DNA of 43,512 nucleotides from positions 1 to 43,512 of the forward strand of contig JBKOXO010000034.1 in the NCBI GenBank assembly GCA_046744105.1, read 5' to 3'. The position numbers were made by a program, and so were the translations under genes. This DNA comes from Actinomycetota bacterium (GTDB lineage Bacteria; Actinomycetota; Actinomycetes; Mycobacteriales; Jatrophihabitantaceae). The notes below the pieces were generated by a model. It searched no databases. It saw nothing but the letters and a program-made list of their open reading frames with translations, and was not told where the DNA came from. Shown in pieces: positions 25,194 to 34,785 of the stretch (the stretch's first letter is position 1; every line of letters starts with the position of its first letter).

Positions 25194-26543
25194 ATGCGTG
25201 CGATCAATCTCCGACGCAAGCCGCTCGTTCTGGGGGCGGCTGCAGTCCTGGCCGCCAGCGCGGTCGCTGCTCTCGGTGTCGAGAGCAGCGCGGTCGCGCT
25301 GGCCAAGAACAAGGGTGGCTCTCCCAGCATCTCGAGCCAGCCGTGGGGCACGTTCAACAACCAGCAGGTCGGTCTGTACACGCTCACCAGCGGCCACAAC
25401 ATGACCGTCAAGATCACGAACTTCGGCGCGACGGTGCAGTCGATCTGGGCGCCGGACCGGCGCGGGCGGACGGTCAACGTCTCGCTCGGGTTCCCGACCC
25501 TGTCCGACTACGTCAACGACTTCCTGCAGCAGCACACCGGGGTGCCCTGGCCGCTGCCGGGCGGGTCCGGAGACACATACTTCGGCGCGACGATCGGCCG
25601 GTACGCGAACCGGATCGCCAACGCCTCGTTCACCATGACCTGCAGCAACTGCTCGAACAACGGGCAGACCTACACGCTCCCGGCCAACAACGGCACGAAC
25701 ACACTGCACGGCGGCGACCTCGGCTGGAACACCATGGTCTGGAGCGCGACACCGCAGACCAGCAAGGATTCGGTCTCACTGGCGCTGACGCTCACCAGCC
25801 CGGACGGTGACGAGGGCTTCCCCGGGGCGGTGACCACGACCGTCACGTACACACTGACCACCGACAACGCGCTGAAGATCACCTACAGCGCCAAGAACAC
25901 CGAGCCCTCCGGCGGCAAGGCCACCGTCATCAACCTGACGAACCACGCCTACTTCAACCTCGCCGGAGAGGCGTCCGGCCCGGTGTCCGACCAGTTGCTC
26001 GCGATCAACGCGAACTCCTACTCGCCGATCAACACCAGCTTCATCCCCACCGCACCGTTCCAGGTTCCGGTCGCCGGCACCCCGTTCGACTTCCGCCACC
26101 TGAAGCCGATCGGCCAGGACATCACGGATGTCACGGCGCCGGACGGCACCAACGGGACGCCGACCGGCGACAACGGCACGTTCAAGCAGTTGGTGATCGC
26201 GCACGGCTACGACCACAACTGGGTGCTCAACGGCTCGGGCTTCCGGCTGATCTCGGTCGCCCAGGCACCGTCGAACGGCATCACGCTGTGGACCTACACC
26301 GATCAGCCCGGCGTGCAGCTCTACTCCGGGAACTTCCTCGTCGGTGACCTCACGGGAACGGGCGGCCGCACCTACCGGCAGACGAGCGGGTTCACCTTGG
26401 AGACCCAGCACTTCCCGGACACGCCGCATCACATCGGCCAGCCCAGCTGGCCATCCGTCGTGCTCAACGCCGGGGCCACCTTCAGCTCGGCGACGACGTA
26501 CCAGTTCACAACCGCAGGACGGGGGTTGCACGTTTCGTTCTGA
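25194..26543 (+). CDS. Aldose 1-epimerase (galactose mutarotase-like) with N-terminal secretion signal
   Basis: Mutarotase blocks FGATVQSIWAPDRRG, YFGATIGRYANRIANASF, NTLHGGDLGWN, NLTNHAYFNL, GFTLETQHFPDTPH. The N-terminus MRAINLRRKPLVLGAAAVLAASAVAALG looks like a Sec signal. AAAGGGGA RBS. Confidence 0.85.
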   Translation: MRAINLRRKPLVLGAAAVLAASAVAALGVESSAVALAKNKGGSPSISSQPWGTFNNQQVGLYTLTSGHNMTVKITNFGATVQSIWAPDRRGRTVNVSLGFPTLSDYVNDFLQQHTGVPWPLPGGSGDTYFGATIGRYANRIANASFTMTCSNCSNNGQTYTLPANNGTNTLHGGDLGWNTMVWSATPQTSKDSVSLALTLTSPDGDEGFPGAVTTTVTYTLTTDNALKITYSAKNTEPSGGKATVINLTNHAYFNLAGEASGPVSDQLLAINANSYSPINTSFIPTAPFQVPVAGTPFDFRHLKPIGQDITDVTAPDGTNGTPTGDNGTFKQLVIAHGYDHNWVLNGSGFRLISVAQAPSNGITLWTYTDQPGVQLYSGNFLVGDLTGTGGRTYRQTSGFTLETQHFPDTPHHIGQPSWPSVVLNAGATFSSATTYQFTTAGRGLHVSF

Positions 26544-26565
26544 GGAGTCATCCCGGTAGCCTTGA

Positions 26566-26581
26566 CTGCGAACGTATGCAG
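26566..26581. promoter_or_regulatory. Imperfect palindrome CTGCGAACGTATGCAG (12/16 symmetric, central CG) overlapping a TTGACT -35-like hexamer upstream of LacI-1/araB
   Basis: Read directly. A related 16-mer, CTGCAACCGTATTCTG, lies at 33891-33906. Confidence 0.35.
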
Positions 26582-26704
26582 TAGATGGTGTGCATCGTCA
26601 GGGCTTACCTAGGAGGGCGCGCCTTGGCAGGCGAGAACAGTCCGGGCGCGCCCAGCTCCCCGGCAGGACGTAGGGGCGCGTCCGGTCGGCCCCGTCCGGT
26701 CACT

Positions 26705-27703
26705 ATGCGAGACATCGCCCGGGCCACGAACCTGTCGCAGAGCACCGTGTCACGGGTGTTGAACCGCACGCCGACGCTCGTGCCGATAGCGGAGGAGACG
26801 CGCGAGCGGGTCCTGTCCACCGCGGTGGCCCTGGGCTACCGGCCGAATCCGCTGGCCCGGGGGTTGCGTGGCGCGAGCACGATGCTGCTCGGGCTGATCG
26901 TCCGCGAGATCACCGACGCATTCTTCGCAGGCGCCATCGAGGCGGTGACGACCGCGGCGGCCAACCGTGGATACAACGTGGTGCTCGGCCACGCGCACGC
27001 CCGAGCCGACGAGGCGATCACGCTGTGGGGGGTGCTGGAGGCGCGCCACTGCGACGCCATCCTGTTGCTCGGCGATACCCGTGACCAGCCACGGCTGCTG
27101 CAGGATCTGGCCGGGGCGCACGTCCCCGTCGTCGCGCTGTGGCAGGGGGCGCAGACCGCCGGGGTGCCGTCCGTGGCGGTCGACAACCAGGCCGGCATCC
27201 GCGCGGTCCTCGACCACCTGATCGAGCTCGGGCATCGGCGGATCGCCTTCGTCGGCGGCCGCCGGCTCGGCGATATCAAGGAACGTGAGGAGGCGTTCGT
27301 GCACCACCTCGCCCGCCTCCGCGAGCCGCTGCGTGAGGGCTACGTGCAGCACGGTGAGAACGAGCCGGCCAGCGCCGTGGCCGCGCTCGACCGGCTGCTC
27401 GCACTGCCCGAGCCGCCCACCGCGGTCGTCGCCTCGACCGACGTGCTGGCCACCGGCGTGCTGCACGGCGCCCACGAGCGCGGCCTGCGCGTGCCCGACC
27501 AACTATCGATCACCGGCTTCGACGACATCCCGGTAGCCACGTTCACGGTGCCCGCGCTGACCACGGTGCGCATGCCGGTGCGCGAGATGGTCGAACTGGC
27601 GGTAGAGATGGCGCTGGACAAGCCGGACCGGGCCCGAGACATCACGCCGCACGTGCTGCAGCCGGAACTGGTCGTGCGGGCCTCCACCGGCCGGGTGGGC
27701 TGA
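26705..27703 (+). CDS. LacI family transcriptional regulator (candidate arabinose regulator, precedes araB)
   Basis: [23 protein letters not shown], periplasmic-binding-protein-like core, C-terminus [10 protein letters not shown]. Start placed at ATG 26705. The stop is 2 nt before the araB start. Confidence 0.85.
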   Translation: MRDIARATNLSQSTVSRVLNRTPTLVPIAEETRERVLSTAVALGYRPNPLARGLRGASTMLLGLIVREITDAFFAGAIEAVTTAAANRGYNVVLGHAHARADEAITLWGVLEARHCDAILLLGDTRDQPRLLQDLAGAHVPVVALWQGAQTAGVPSVAVDNQAGIRAVLDHLIELGHRRIAFVGGRRLGDIKEREEAFVHHLARLREPLREGYVQHGENEPASAVAALDRLLALPEPPTAVVASTDVLATGVLHGAHERGLRVPDQLSITGFDDIPVATFTVPALTTVRMPVREMVELAVEMALDKPDRARDITPHVLQPELVVRASTGRVG

Positions 27704-27705
27704 CC

Positions 27706-29355
27706 GTGCCGGCGCACTGCGTGGGGGTCGACTTCGGCACCGAGTCCGGGCGAGCGGTGCTCGTCGACGTCGCGACCGGGACGGAACTCGCGAGCGCCGT
27801 GTACGAGTACCGCAACGGCGTCGTCGACGAGCACCTGCCGGCGCCCGATGACGACGTTTCCCTCGGTCCGGACTGGGCGTTGCAGGATCCGCACGACTAC
27901 CTGCGCACATTCCAGGTGGCGGTGCCCGCCGTGCTGGCGCAGTCCGGGGTCGACGCCGCGGACGTGATCGGCATCGGCATCGACTTCACCGCCTGCACCA
28001 TGCTGCCGACTACCGCAGGCGGCACGCCGCTGTGTGCGCTGCCCGAGTTCCGGCGCCGTCCGCACGCCTGGGTGAAGCTGTGGAAGCACCATGCCGCGCA
28101 GCCCTATGCCGACCGGATCAACGCCGTCGCCCGAGAGCGGGGCGAGCCCTGGCTGGCCCGCTACGGCGGCAAGATCTCCTCCGAATGGTTCTACTCGAAG
28201 GCGTTGCAGATCCTCGACGAGGCGCCGGACATTTACCACGCCGCGGACCGGCTCGTCGAGGCCGCCGACTGGGTGGTCTGGCAGCTCACCGGCGTCGAGA
28301 CGCGCAACAACTGCACCGCCGGCTACAAGGCGATCTGGTCGAAGCGCGACGGCTTCCCCTCCGATGCGTTCTTCGCCGCGCTCGACCCGAAGTTCGAGCG
28401 CGTCGTGGACGAGAAGATGTCCCGGCGCATCAGCATGGTCGGCGAGCGGGCCGGCGGGCTGACTGAACAGGCAGCGGCCTGGACCGGTCTTCGGGCCGGT
28501 ACCCCCGTCGCGGTCGCGAACGTCGACGCGCACGTGTCGGTACCCGCTGTGTCCGTCACAGCACCGGGCACCATGGTCGCGATCATGGGCACCAGCATCT
28601 GCCACATGGTGCTGGGCAGGCAGGTGTCATCAGTCGAAGGCATGTGCGGCGTCGTTGAGGACGGCATCCTGCCCGGACTGTTCGGCTACGAGGCGGGACA
28701 GTCCGGCGTCGGCGACATCTTCGCCTGGTTCGTCGAGAACGCGGTGCCACCGGCCTACCACGGCAGCGACGTGCACCGGACGTTGGAGCGCGAGGCGAGC
28801 GCGCTGCGCCCGGGCGAGTCGGGGCTGCTCGCGCTGGACTGGTGGAACGGCAACCGCTCGGTGCTCGTCGACGGCGACCTCACCGGCCTGCTGCTGGGCG
28901 CCACCCTGGCCACCCGGCCGCCGGAGATCTACCGGGCCCTGATCGAGGCGACCGCGTTCGGCACCCGGACGATCATCGACGCGTTCGAGTCGGACGGCGT
29001 CGCCGTCGAGGACGTGGTCGCCTGCGGCGGCTTGCCGGAACGCAACCGGTTGTTGATGCAGATCTATGCGGATGTGACCGGCCGGGAATTCAGGGTGGCG
29101 GCGTCCCCGCACGTTCCGGCGGTCGGTTCGGCGATGTTCGCGGCGGTGGCCGCCGGTGCGTATCGCAGCATCGAGGAAGCGGCGGCACGCATGGCCCGCC
29201 CGCACCGGGAAAGCTACCGGCCCGACCCGGAACACCGCGCGGCCTACGACGAGCTGTACCAGGACTACCGCGCGCTGCACGACTACTTCGGGCGCGGCGG
29301 CAACGACGTGATGAAGCGGCTCAAGGCGATCCGGGCCCGATCGTCACCACGCTGA
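27706..29355 (+). CDS. araB: L-ribulokinase (FGGY family)
   Basis: [43 protein letters not shown], alignable by eye along its length to E. coli AraB. GTG start. Confidence 0.9.
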   Translation: MPAHCVGVDFGTESGRAVLVDVATGTELASAVYEYRNGVVDEHLPAPDDDVSLGPDWALQDPHDYLRTFQVAVPAVLAQSGVDAADVIGIGIDFTACTMLPTTAGGTPLCALPEFRRRPHAWVKLWKHHAAQPYADRINAVARERGEPWLARYGGKISSEWFYSKALQILDEAPDIYHAADRLVEAADWVVWQLTGVETRNNCTAGYKAIWSKRDGFPSDAFFAALDPKFERVVDEKMSRRISMVGERAGGLTEQAAAWTGLRAGTPVAVANVDAHVSVPAVSVTAPGTMVAIMGTSICHMVLGRQVSSVEGMCGVVEDGILPGLFGYEAGQSGVGDIFAWFVENAVPPAYHGSDVHRTLEREASALRPGESGLLALDWWNGNRSVLVDGDLTGLLLGATLATRPPEIYRALIEATAFGTRTIIDAFESDGVAVEDVVACGGLPERNRLLMQIYADVTGREFRVAASPHVPAVGSAMFAAVAAGAYRSIEEAAARMARPHRESYRPDPEHRAAYDELYQDYRALHDYFGRGGNDVMKRLKAIRARSSPR

Positions 29356-30834
29356 GCGGTAGTAGGTCTGGTTCCAACGCAGTTCGTGTCGCATGGCGCT
29401 CGGTGTGGTGTCGGCGCCGATCGTGACGAGCTCGATGCCGGCGATCTCGGCAAGATCGTCGATGGCGTTCACCCCGAGCGCCTGGGTGAAGCAGGTGTGG
29501 TGCGGCCCGCCCGCCATGAGCCAGCACCCCGCTGCCGTCGCCAGATCGGGACGAGGCACCCAGACGGCGCGGGCCACCGGCAGGTTCGGCAGCTCGGCAT
29601 CCGGCGCGATGACGTCGACCTCGTTGGCGACCAGGCGCATCCGCGTCCCGATGTCGGCGAGCCCCACGAGCAGGCCGGGACCGGGCGGCGCGGTGAACAC
29701 CAGGCGCACCGGGTCGTCGCGTCCGCCGATAGCGAGTGGATGGATCTCGCAGGACGGCTGCTCAGCGGCGATGGACGGGCACACCTCAAGCATGTGCGCG
29801 CCGAGGATCTGCGGCTCCTCGGCGCCGAGGTTGTAGGTGTAGTCCTCCATGAACGACGTGCCGCCGGGCCGCCCGGTGCTCATCACCTTGACCAGCCGGA
29901 CGAGTGCCGCGGCCTTCCAGTCGCCCTCGGCGCCGAAGCCGTAGCCGTCGGCCATCAGCCGCTGCACCGCGATTCCGGGCAGTTGCCGAAGCCCGGCGAG
30001 GTCCTCGAACGTGTCGGTGAACGCCATCGCGCCGACGTCGTCGAGGAAGGCCCGCAGGCCCAGCTCGATCCGGGCGGCGTCGCGCAGCGACTCGTGCCGC
30101 TCACCGCCGCGCCGCAGCGGCGCCGCGATCCGGTAGGTCTCCTCGTACTCCTTGGCCAGGGTGGTGACGGCCGCGTCGTCGGCGTCCGAGGCTCGCGCGG
30201 CCAGCTCGCTCACCCCGTAGCCGTTCACCGAGAAGCCCAGCCGGATCTGTGCCTCGACCTTGTCGCCCTCGGTGACGGCGACCTCGCGCATGTTGTCGCC
30301 GAGGCGGGCGATGCGCAGCCGGTGTGCCTCCCGCCAGCCGAGCGCCGCCCGCGCCCACACCCCGATACGCTCCTGCACGGCGGCGTCCTGCCAGTGCCCG
30401 ACGACGATCGTGCGCCGCTTGTCCAGGCGGCCGGCCAGATGGGCGAACTCGCGATCGCCGTGCGCCGACTGGTTCAGGTTCATGAATTTCATGTCGATGT
30501 CGGTCCAGGGCAGGTCGGCGCCGAACTGGGTGTGCAGGTGCAGCAGCGGTTTCTGCAGCGCGGCCAGCCCGGCGATCCACATCTTCGCCGGCGAGAACGT
30601 GTGCATCCAGGTGATGACGCCGGCGCAGTCGTCGTCGGCGTTGGCCTCCAGGCAGATGCGGCGGATGCCGTCCGGAGTGGTGAGCGTGGGGCGAACGGTC
30701 ACCGGCACCGGGATGGCGGCAGAGCCGTCGAGGCCCACAACCACCCGGGCGGATTGTTCGGCGACCTGTCGCAGGACGTCCTCGCCGTACAGCTGCTGGC
30801 TACCGGTCAGGAACCACACCTGCGGCCGGCTCAT
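29344..30834 (-). CDS. araA: L-arabinose isomerase
   Basis: [60 protein letters not shown]. 496 aa. The ORF-track ORF (to 31854) is an out-of-frame N-terminal extension through the permease gene. Confidence 0.92.
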   Translation of the reverse strand: MSRPQVWFLTGSQQLYGEDVLRQVAEQSARVVVGLDGSAAIPVPVTVRPTLTTPDGIRRICLEANADDDCAGVITWMHTFSPAKMWIAGLAALQKPLLHLHTQFGADLPWTDIDMKFMNLNQSAHGDREFAHLAGRLDKRRTIVVGHWQDAAVQERIGVWARAALGWREAHRLRIARLGDNMREVAVTEGDKVEAQIRLGFSVNGYGVSELAARASDADDAAVTTLAKEYEETYRIAAPLRRGGERHESLRDAARIELGLRAFLDDVGAMAFTDTFEDLAGLRQLPGIAVQRLMADGYGFGAEGDWKAAALVRLVKVMSTGRPGGTSFMEDYTYNLGAEEPQILGAHMLEVCPSIAAEQPSCEIHPLAIGGRDDPVRLVFTAPPGPGLLVGLADIGTRMRLVANEVDVIAPDAELPNLPVARAVWVPRPDLATAAGCWLMAGGPHHTCFTQALGVNAIDDLAEIAGIELVTIGADTTPSAMRHELRWNQTYYRSAW

Positions 30835-31847
30835 CGCGCGAACCTGCGCTGGAGCAGCGCGTGGACGGTGACGGCGCCGAGGATGATGCAGCCGTAGACG
30901 AACTGAGTCCAGAATGCCTGAAACCCGACCGCCAGGATGCCGGCTTCGATGCCGCCGATCAGCAACGCCCCGATGAACGTGCCCCACACCGTTCCGCGTC
31001 CGCCGAATACCGACGTGCCGCCCACGAAGACGGCGGCGAGCGCGGACAGCAGAAAGCCGCCACCCTGGTTGGGGTAGAAGTTGACGATCGCGAAGCTGTT
31101 CATCATGCCGGCGAGCGCCGCAGCCACGCCGGTGAGCACGAACAAGATGATGCGGGTGCGCACGATCGGGATGCCCATCAGGCCGGCCGCCTGCTTGTTG
31201 TCGCCGATGACGTGCGCGTTCTGGCCGAGCCGGTGCCGGAACAGCAGCAGCCAGGTCACCACGGCAAGGACGGCGAACCATACGAACTGCATGGGGATGC
31301 CGAGCCAGCGCCCGGTCAGTAATCGGCCGGCGATGCTGTCGGTTGCCTCTAGCAGCGTGTAGCTCTTGCCGTTGACCAGCACCAGGGTCAGACCCCGGAA
31401 CAGGAACTGAGTCCCGATCGTCACGACGAGCGCCGGGATGCCGATGACCGTGACGAAGATGCCGTTCACCAGCCCAGCGGCGGCGCCGATCGCGATCGTG
31501 ACGAGCACGCCCAGCGTGACGTTGTGGGTCGCGTGCTGGACGCCGATGTAGCCGACCATGCCCAGTGCGAAGACCGACGGGAAGGACAGGTCGATGTCGC
31601 CCGCCACGATGAGCATCGTGAGTGCCAGCGCGACGATGCCGAAGTACGGCACCGAGATGGCGTAGGACACGTAGATGCGGCTGTGCAGGAACGTGTCCGG
31701 CGCCAGGATCGTGAAGATCATCCACACCACCAGGAACGCGGTGGTGATGCCGATCTGGGAGGCGTAGGTGGTGGCGACCGTGCGCGGCGTCCACCGCCGC
31801 CGGACCGGCGCCGCCTGCGGGGCCTGCTCGACCGTTGTTGTGGTCAT
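30831..31847 (-). CDS. Sugar ABC transporter permease (CUT2/RbsC-like)
   Basis: 338 aa, about 9-10 hydrophobic helices, GGIDLSFPS-like block ([14 protein letters not shown]), [15 protein letters not shown] near the C-terminus. Its stop overlaps the araA start (ATGA). Confidence 0.85.
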   Translation of the reverse strand: MTTTTVEQAPQAAPVRRRWTPRTVATTYASQIGITTAFLVVWMIFTILAPDTFLHSRIYVSYAISVPYFGIVALALTMLIVAGDIDLSFPSVFALGMVGYIGVQHATHNVTLGVLVTIAIGAAAGLVNGIFVTVIGIPALVVTIGTQFLFRGLTLVLVNGKSYTLLEATDSIAGRLLTGRWLGIPMQFVWFAVLAVVTWLLLFRHRLGQNAHVIGDNKQAAGLMGIPIVRTRIILFVLTGVAAALAGMMNSFAIVNFYPNQGGGFLLSALAAVFVGGTSVFGGRGTVWGTFIGALLIGGIEAGILAVGFQAFWTQFVYGCIILGAVTVHALLQRRFAR

Positions 31848-32710
31848 GGCGCACCTTCCGACGGCTCGCCGCGCCGCTGCGGCTCGGTGAACCGCCCGGT
31901 TGCGGCGACCTCGCGCATGATCGCGGTGAGCTCGTCGAGCGTGTAACGCGAGGTGGGGAACTCTCCGGCGATGCGCCCGCGGTCGATCATCACGATCCGG
32001 TCGGACACCGAGTAGACGTGGAAGATGTTGTGGTCGATGAAGATCGCCGACTTGCCCGCCGCCCGGATACCGCGCACGAAGTTCAGGCACTTGTCGGTCT
32101 CGCTCAGCGACAGGCCCATGGTCGGCTCGTCGAGGATGACCAGTTCCGCTTCGAAGTGCAGCGCCCGGACGATCGCCAGCCCCTGCCGCTCGCCGCCCGA
32201 AAGCCCGGTGACCGGGGTGTCCGGGGTGAGGATGGCCGAGGTGAACCCCATCGACTCGCCCATCAACTGCGCGGTGACCCGGCGCATCTTGGCGACATCG
32301 AGCATCCCGCCCGGGCGGGTCATCGGACGGCCCATGAAGATGTTGCGCCACAGAGACTGCTGGTCGGCGAGCGCCCGCTCCTGGTACACGGTCTCGACGC
32401 CCAGCGCCCGCGCCTTGCGCACGCTGAGGTCGCGGATCCGCTTGCCGTGGAAGAAGACCTCACCGCTGTCGGGTTGGTGATACCCGGTGATGATCTTGAT
32501 GAGTGTGGACTTGCCGGCGCCGTTGTCGCCGACCAGGCCCAGCACCTCCGCCGGGCCCAGCTGGAGGCTCACATCGTTGAGCGCATGGACCCCGCCGAAC
32601 GACTTGGAGACGTGGCGCAGCTCGAGGACGTCGACGCCTTCAACGGGCCCAGTGGCGGACGGCCGGAGAGCCTCCAGCTCGCCGGCCGCCGCTCCTTGCG
32701 TATTCGACAT
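31844..32710 (-). CDS. Sugar ABC transporter ATP-binding protein, single nucleotide-binding domain
   Basis: Walker [10 protein letters not shown], signature LSGGERQ, Walker [10 protein letters not shown]-loop IDHN. 288 aa, so one NBD (FrcA-like) rather than the fused double NBD of RbsA/AraG. Its stop overlaps the permease start (ATGA). Confidence 0.85.
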   Translation of the reverse strand: MSNTQGAAAGELEALRPSATGPVEGVDVLELRHVSKSFGGVHALNDVSLQLGPAEVLGLVGDNGAGKSTLIKIITGYHQPDSGEVFFHGKRIRDLSVRKARALGVETVYQERALADQQSLWRNIFMGRPMTRPGGMLDVAKMRRVTAQLMGESMGFTSAILTPDTPVTGLSGGERQGLAIVRALHFEAELVILDEPTMGLSLSETDKCLNFVRGIRAAGKSAIFIDHNIFHVYSVSDRIVMIDRGRIAGEFPTSRYTLDELTAIMREVAATGRFTEPQRRGEPSEGAP

Positions 32711-32712
32711 GA

Positions 32713-33789
32713 TCAGCGAATCTGCTTTTGCACGAGGGGCGCCACCTGGTCGATGACCGACTTGTCGACAAACCCGCCACCGGTATCGATGTGCAGGCCA
32801 CTGAACCCGTACTCCTTCGCCAGGCACAGCTGCAGGACGCCGAAGTAACCCTGCAGCCACTCCTGCTGGTCGATCACCAGGTTGATGTAGCCGTCCTGGA
32901 TGCCCTTCACCGTGGGCGGCGACATATCGAACCCGGCCGCGTACACCGAACCCGCCTTCAGGTTGGCGGCCCTCATGTACGTCGGGATCGTGGAGGTCAG
33001 GTTGCCGTGGTCGATGAAGATCGCCTTGGTGTTCGGGTGCTTCGACATTTCCCCGGTGAAGATCGGTACGCCCGCGGACGGGTCGGAGTTGGTCGCGTCG
33101 TTGATCTCCTGGTAGTCAACCTTCATCCCGGCCTTGCTCAACGTGTCGGTGATGCCCTTCGTGCGCTCGCCGCGCCCCGGCTGCGACTTGAGGCCCCACA
33201 CGAACACCTCACTGCCGGGCTGGATGTTGCCGCGCTTGATGGCCTCCGTCGCAAGCGCCGCGCCCGCGTTGTACAGCGTTGCGCCGGCGTACCCGGTGCC
33301 CTGGGTCGCGTACTTCGCCTCCGCCTGGGGCAACTCGGTGTTCATGACCGTCACCTTGATGCCCTGCGACTGAGCCTGGTCGATCAGCGGATCGAACGCA
33401 GAATCACCGGGGTGGCCCATCACCGCGATGCCGTCCGGCTTGGTGGCCATCGCCTGCTGGAACTGGGTGATCATCTTGTTCGGGTCCCAATCCGACCACT
33501 GGTAGGTCACGTCCGGCCCGAGCGCCGCCGCCGCTGCCTTGGCACCGTTGTAGACCACGGTCTCGAAACCGCCGCCCTGCGTGCCACCGGGGAAGAAGAC
33601 GATCTTCATGCCCTTGCAGAACTGGGCCCCGGAAGGCACGCCGCCTGCCGCGCTGCCACTGCCCGTGGCGCTCGCGGACGACGACGAGGCGTTCTTCTTC
33701 TTGCTGCTGCTGCAGGCTGCCACTGCCAGCGCCAGCGCCACGATCACGGCGCCGACTCGCCACGGCGTCGCCCAGCCGCGTTCTCTCAT
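32713..33789 (-). CDS. Sugar ABC transporter substrate-binding lipoprotein (periplasmic-binding-protein type I)
   Basis: Lipobox LAVAAC followed by a Ser-rich linker, then a PBP-I-like fold. Start at MRERGW (ATG 33789) with a GAGGAG RBS. Confidence 0.85.
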   Translation of the reverse strand: MRERGWATPWRVGAVIVALALAVAACSSSKKKNASSSSASATGSGSAAGGVPSGAQFCKGMKIVFFPGGTQGGGFETVVYNGAKAAAAALGPDVTYQWSDWDPNKMITQFQQAMATKPDGIAVMGHPGDSAFDPLIDQAQSQGIKVTVMNTELPQAEAKYATQGTGYAGATLYNAGAALATEAIKRGNIQPGSEVFVWGLKSQPGRGERTKGITDTLSKAGMKVDYQEINDATNSDPSAGVPIFTGEMSKHPNTKAIFIDHGNLTSTIPTYMRAANLKAGSVYAAGFDMSPPTVKGIQDGYINLVIDQQEWLQGYFGVLQLCLAKEYGFSGLHIDTGGGFVDKSVIDQVAPLVQKQIR

Positions 33790-33890
33790 TGCGCGTCTCC
33801 TCGTGTGATGAAGCCCTTGAACATGCCGAACCCGCACCTATCCGCCAATCGGGCCTCCTTCCGCGGAGACGTGAGGCTGCATTCGAGTGG

Positions 33891-33952
33891 CTGCAACCGT
33901 ATTCTGAAATCAAGGCACCAAGATATCGGTGCTGTCAACAGCCGCAGTTGAC
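33891..33952. promoter_or_regulatory. Candidate operator cluster in the SBP/araD divergent promoter region (CTGCAACCGTATTCTG 33891-33906; GCTGTCAACAGC 33931-33942; GTCAAC-n7-GTTGAC 33934-33952)
   Basis: Read directly. The motifs are related to sites at 26566-26581 and 22318-22338. Confidence 0.3.
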
Positions 33953-33971
33953 CTGCAATGGAGGTTCCACG

Positions 33972-34673
33972 ATGTCGCTTGCTGAGCTGCGCCATCAGGT
34001 GGCGGCCGCCAATCGCGACCTCGCGGCCGCCGGGCTGGTTTCGCTCTCGTTCGGCAACGCTAGCGGCGTGGACCGGGAACGCGACGTGCTGGTCATCAAA
34101 CCGAGCGGGATCCCCTGCGCCCAGGTACGGCCGGACGACACCGTGGTCGTGTCGCTCTCCGACGGGCAGGTGATGGACGGCTCGCTGCGACCTTCCTCCG
34201 ACGCCCCCACGCACCGCGCGCTGTACCGCCGCTTCGCGCAGGTGGGCGGCATCGTGCACACCCACTCACAGTTCGCTACCGCCTGGGCGCAGGCGCGGCG
34301 GGAGATCCCGTGCCTGGGCACCACCCATGCCGACCACTTCGCCGGACCGATCCCGATCACCCGACCGCTGACTGCGCAGCAGATCGCCGGCCAGTACGAG
34401 CACGAGACCGGCGAGGTCATCGCGGACGCGCTGGATCAGCTCGGCACCGACCCGTTGCTCATGCCCGCGGTCCTGGTGGAGTCGCACGGCCCGTTCACCT
34501 GGGGAGCGGACGCCGTGCGGGCGGCCGCGAACGCGCAGACCCTCGAGCTGGTCGCCGCCATGGCGTGGCGGGCCCTGGCACTCGACCCGCAGACCAAGCC
34601 GATCCAGCAGGACCTGGCGGCGCGCCACTTCCGCCGCAAGCATGGGCCGGACGCCTACTACGGACAGGGCTGA
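33972..34673 (+). CDS. araD: L-ribulose-5-phosphate 4-epimerase
   Basis: FGNASGVDRERDVLVIKPSG, SSDAPTHRALY, GGIVHTHS, HADHF, HGPFTWG, RKHGPDAYYGQ, alignable by eye to E. coli AraD. Start ATG 33972 with a GGAGG RBS. Confidence 0.92.
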   Translation: MSLAELRHQVAAANRDLAAAGLVSLSFGNASGVDRERDVLVIKPSGIPCAQVRPDDTVVVSLSDGQVMDGSLRPSSDAPTHRALYRRFAQVGGIVHTHSQFATAWAQARREIPCLGTTHADHFAGPIPITRPLTAQQIAGQYEHETGEVIADALDQLGTDPLLMPAVLVESHGPFTWGADAVRAAANAQTLELVAAMAWRALALDPQTKPIQQDLAARHFRRKHGPDAYYGQG

Positions 34674-34741
34674 TAGTCGCCGCCCCCTAGAGCGGCCGAC
34701 ACCAAGCCTTCATTGCGTGTATGGGTTCCGCTCTCTCCCAT

Positions 34742-34768
34742 CGCTTGCGCAGCAGGACTGCGCAAGCG
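34742..34768. terminator. Strong stem-loop between convergent araD and LacI-2 (GCTTGCGCAG cagga CTGCGCAAGC)
   Basis: Perfect 10-11 bp GC-rich inverted repeat with a 5-nt loop, read directly. Confidence 0.5.
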
Positions 34769-34785
34769 GCGTACCGACCGCGTGC

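Noticed and set aside
29344-32351. ORF-track products of 836 aa (29344-31854) and 506 aa (30831-32351) that look like giant fusion proteins.
   Set aside because: Their N-terminal parts are out-of-frame read-through of the upstream gene (junk translation). The real starts are MSRPQVWF (30834, araA) and MTTTTVEQ (31847, permease), each overlapping the preceding stop by ATGA.
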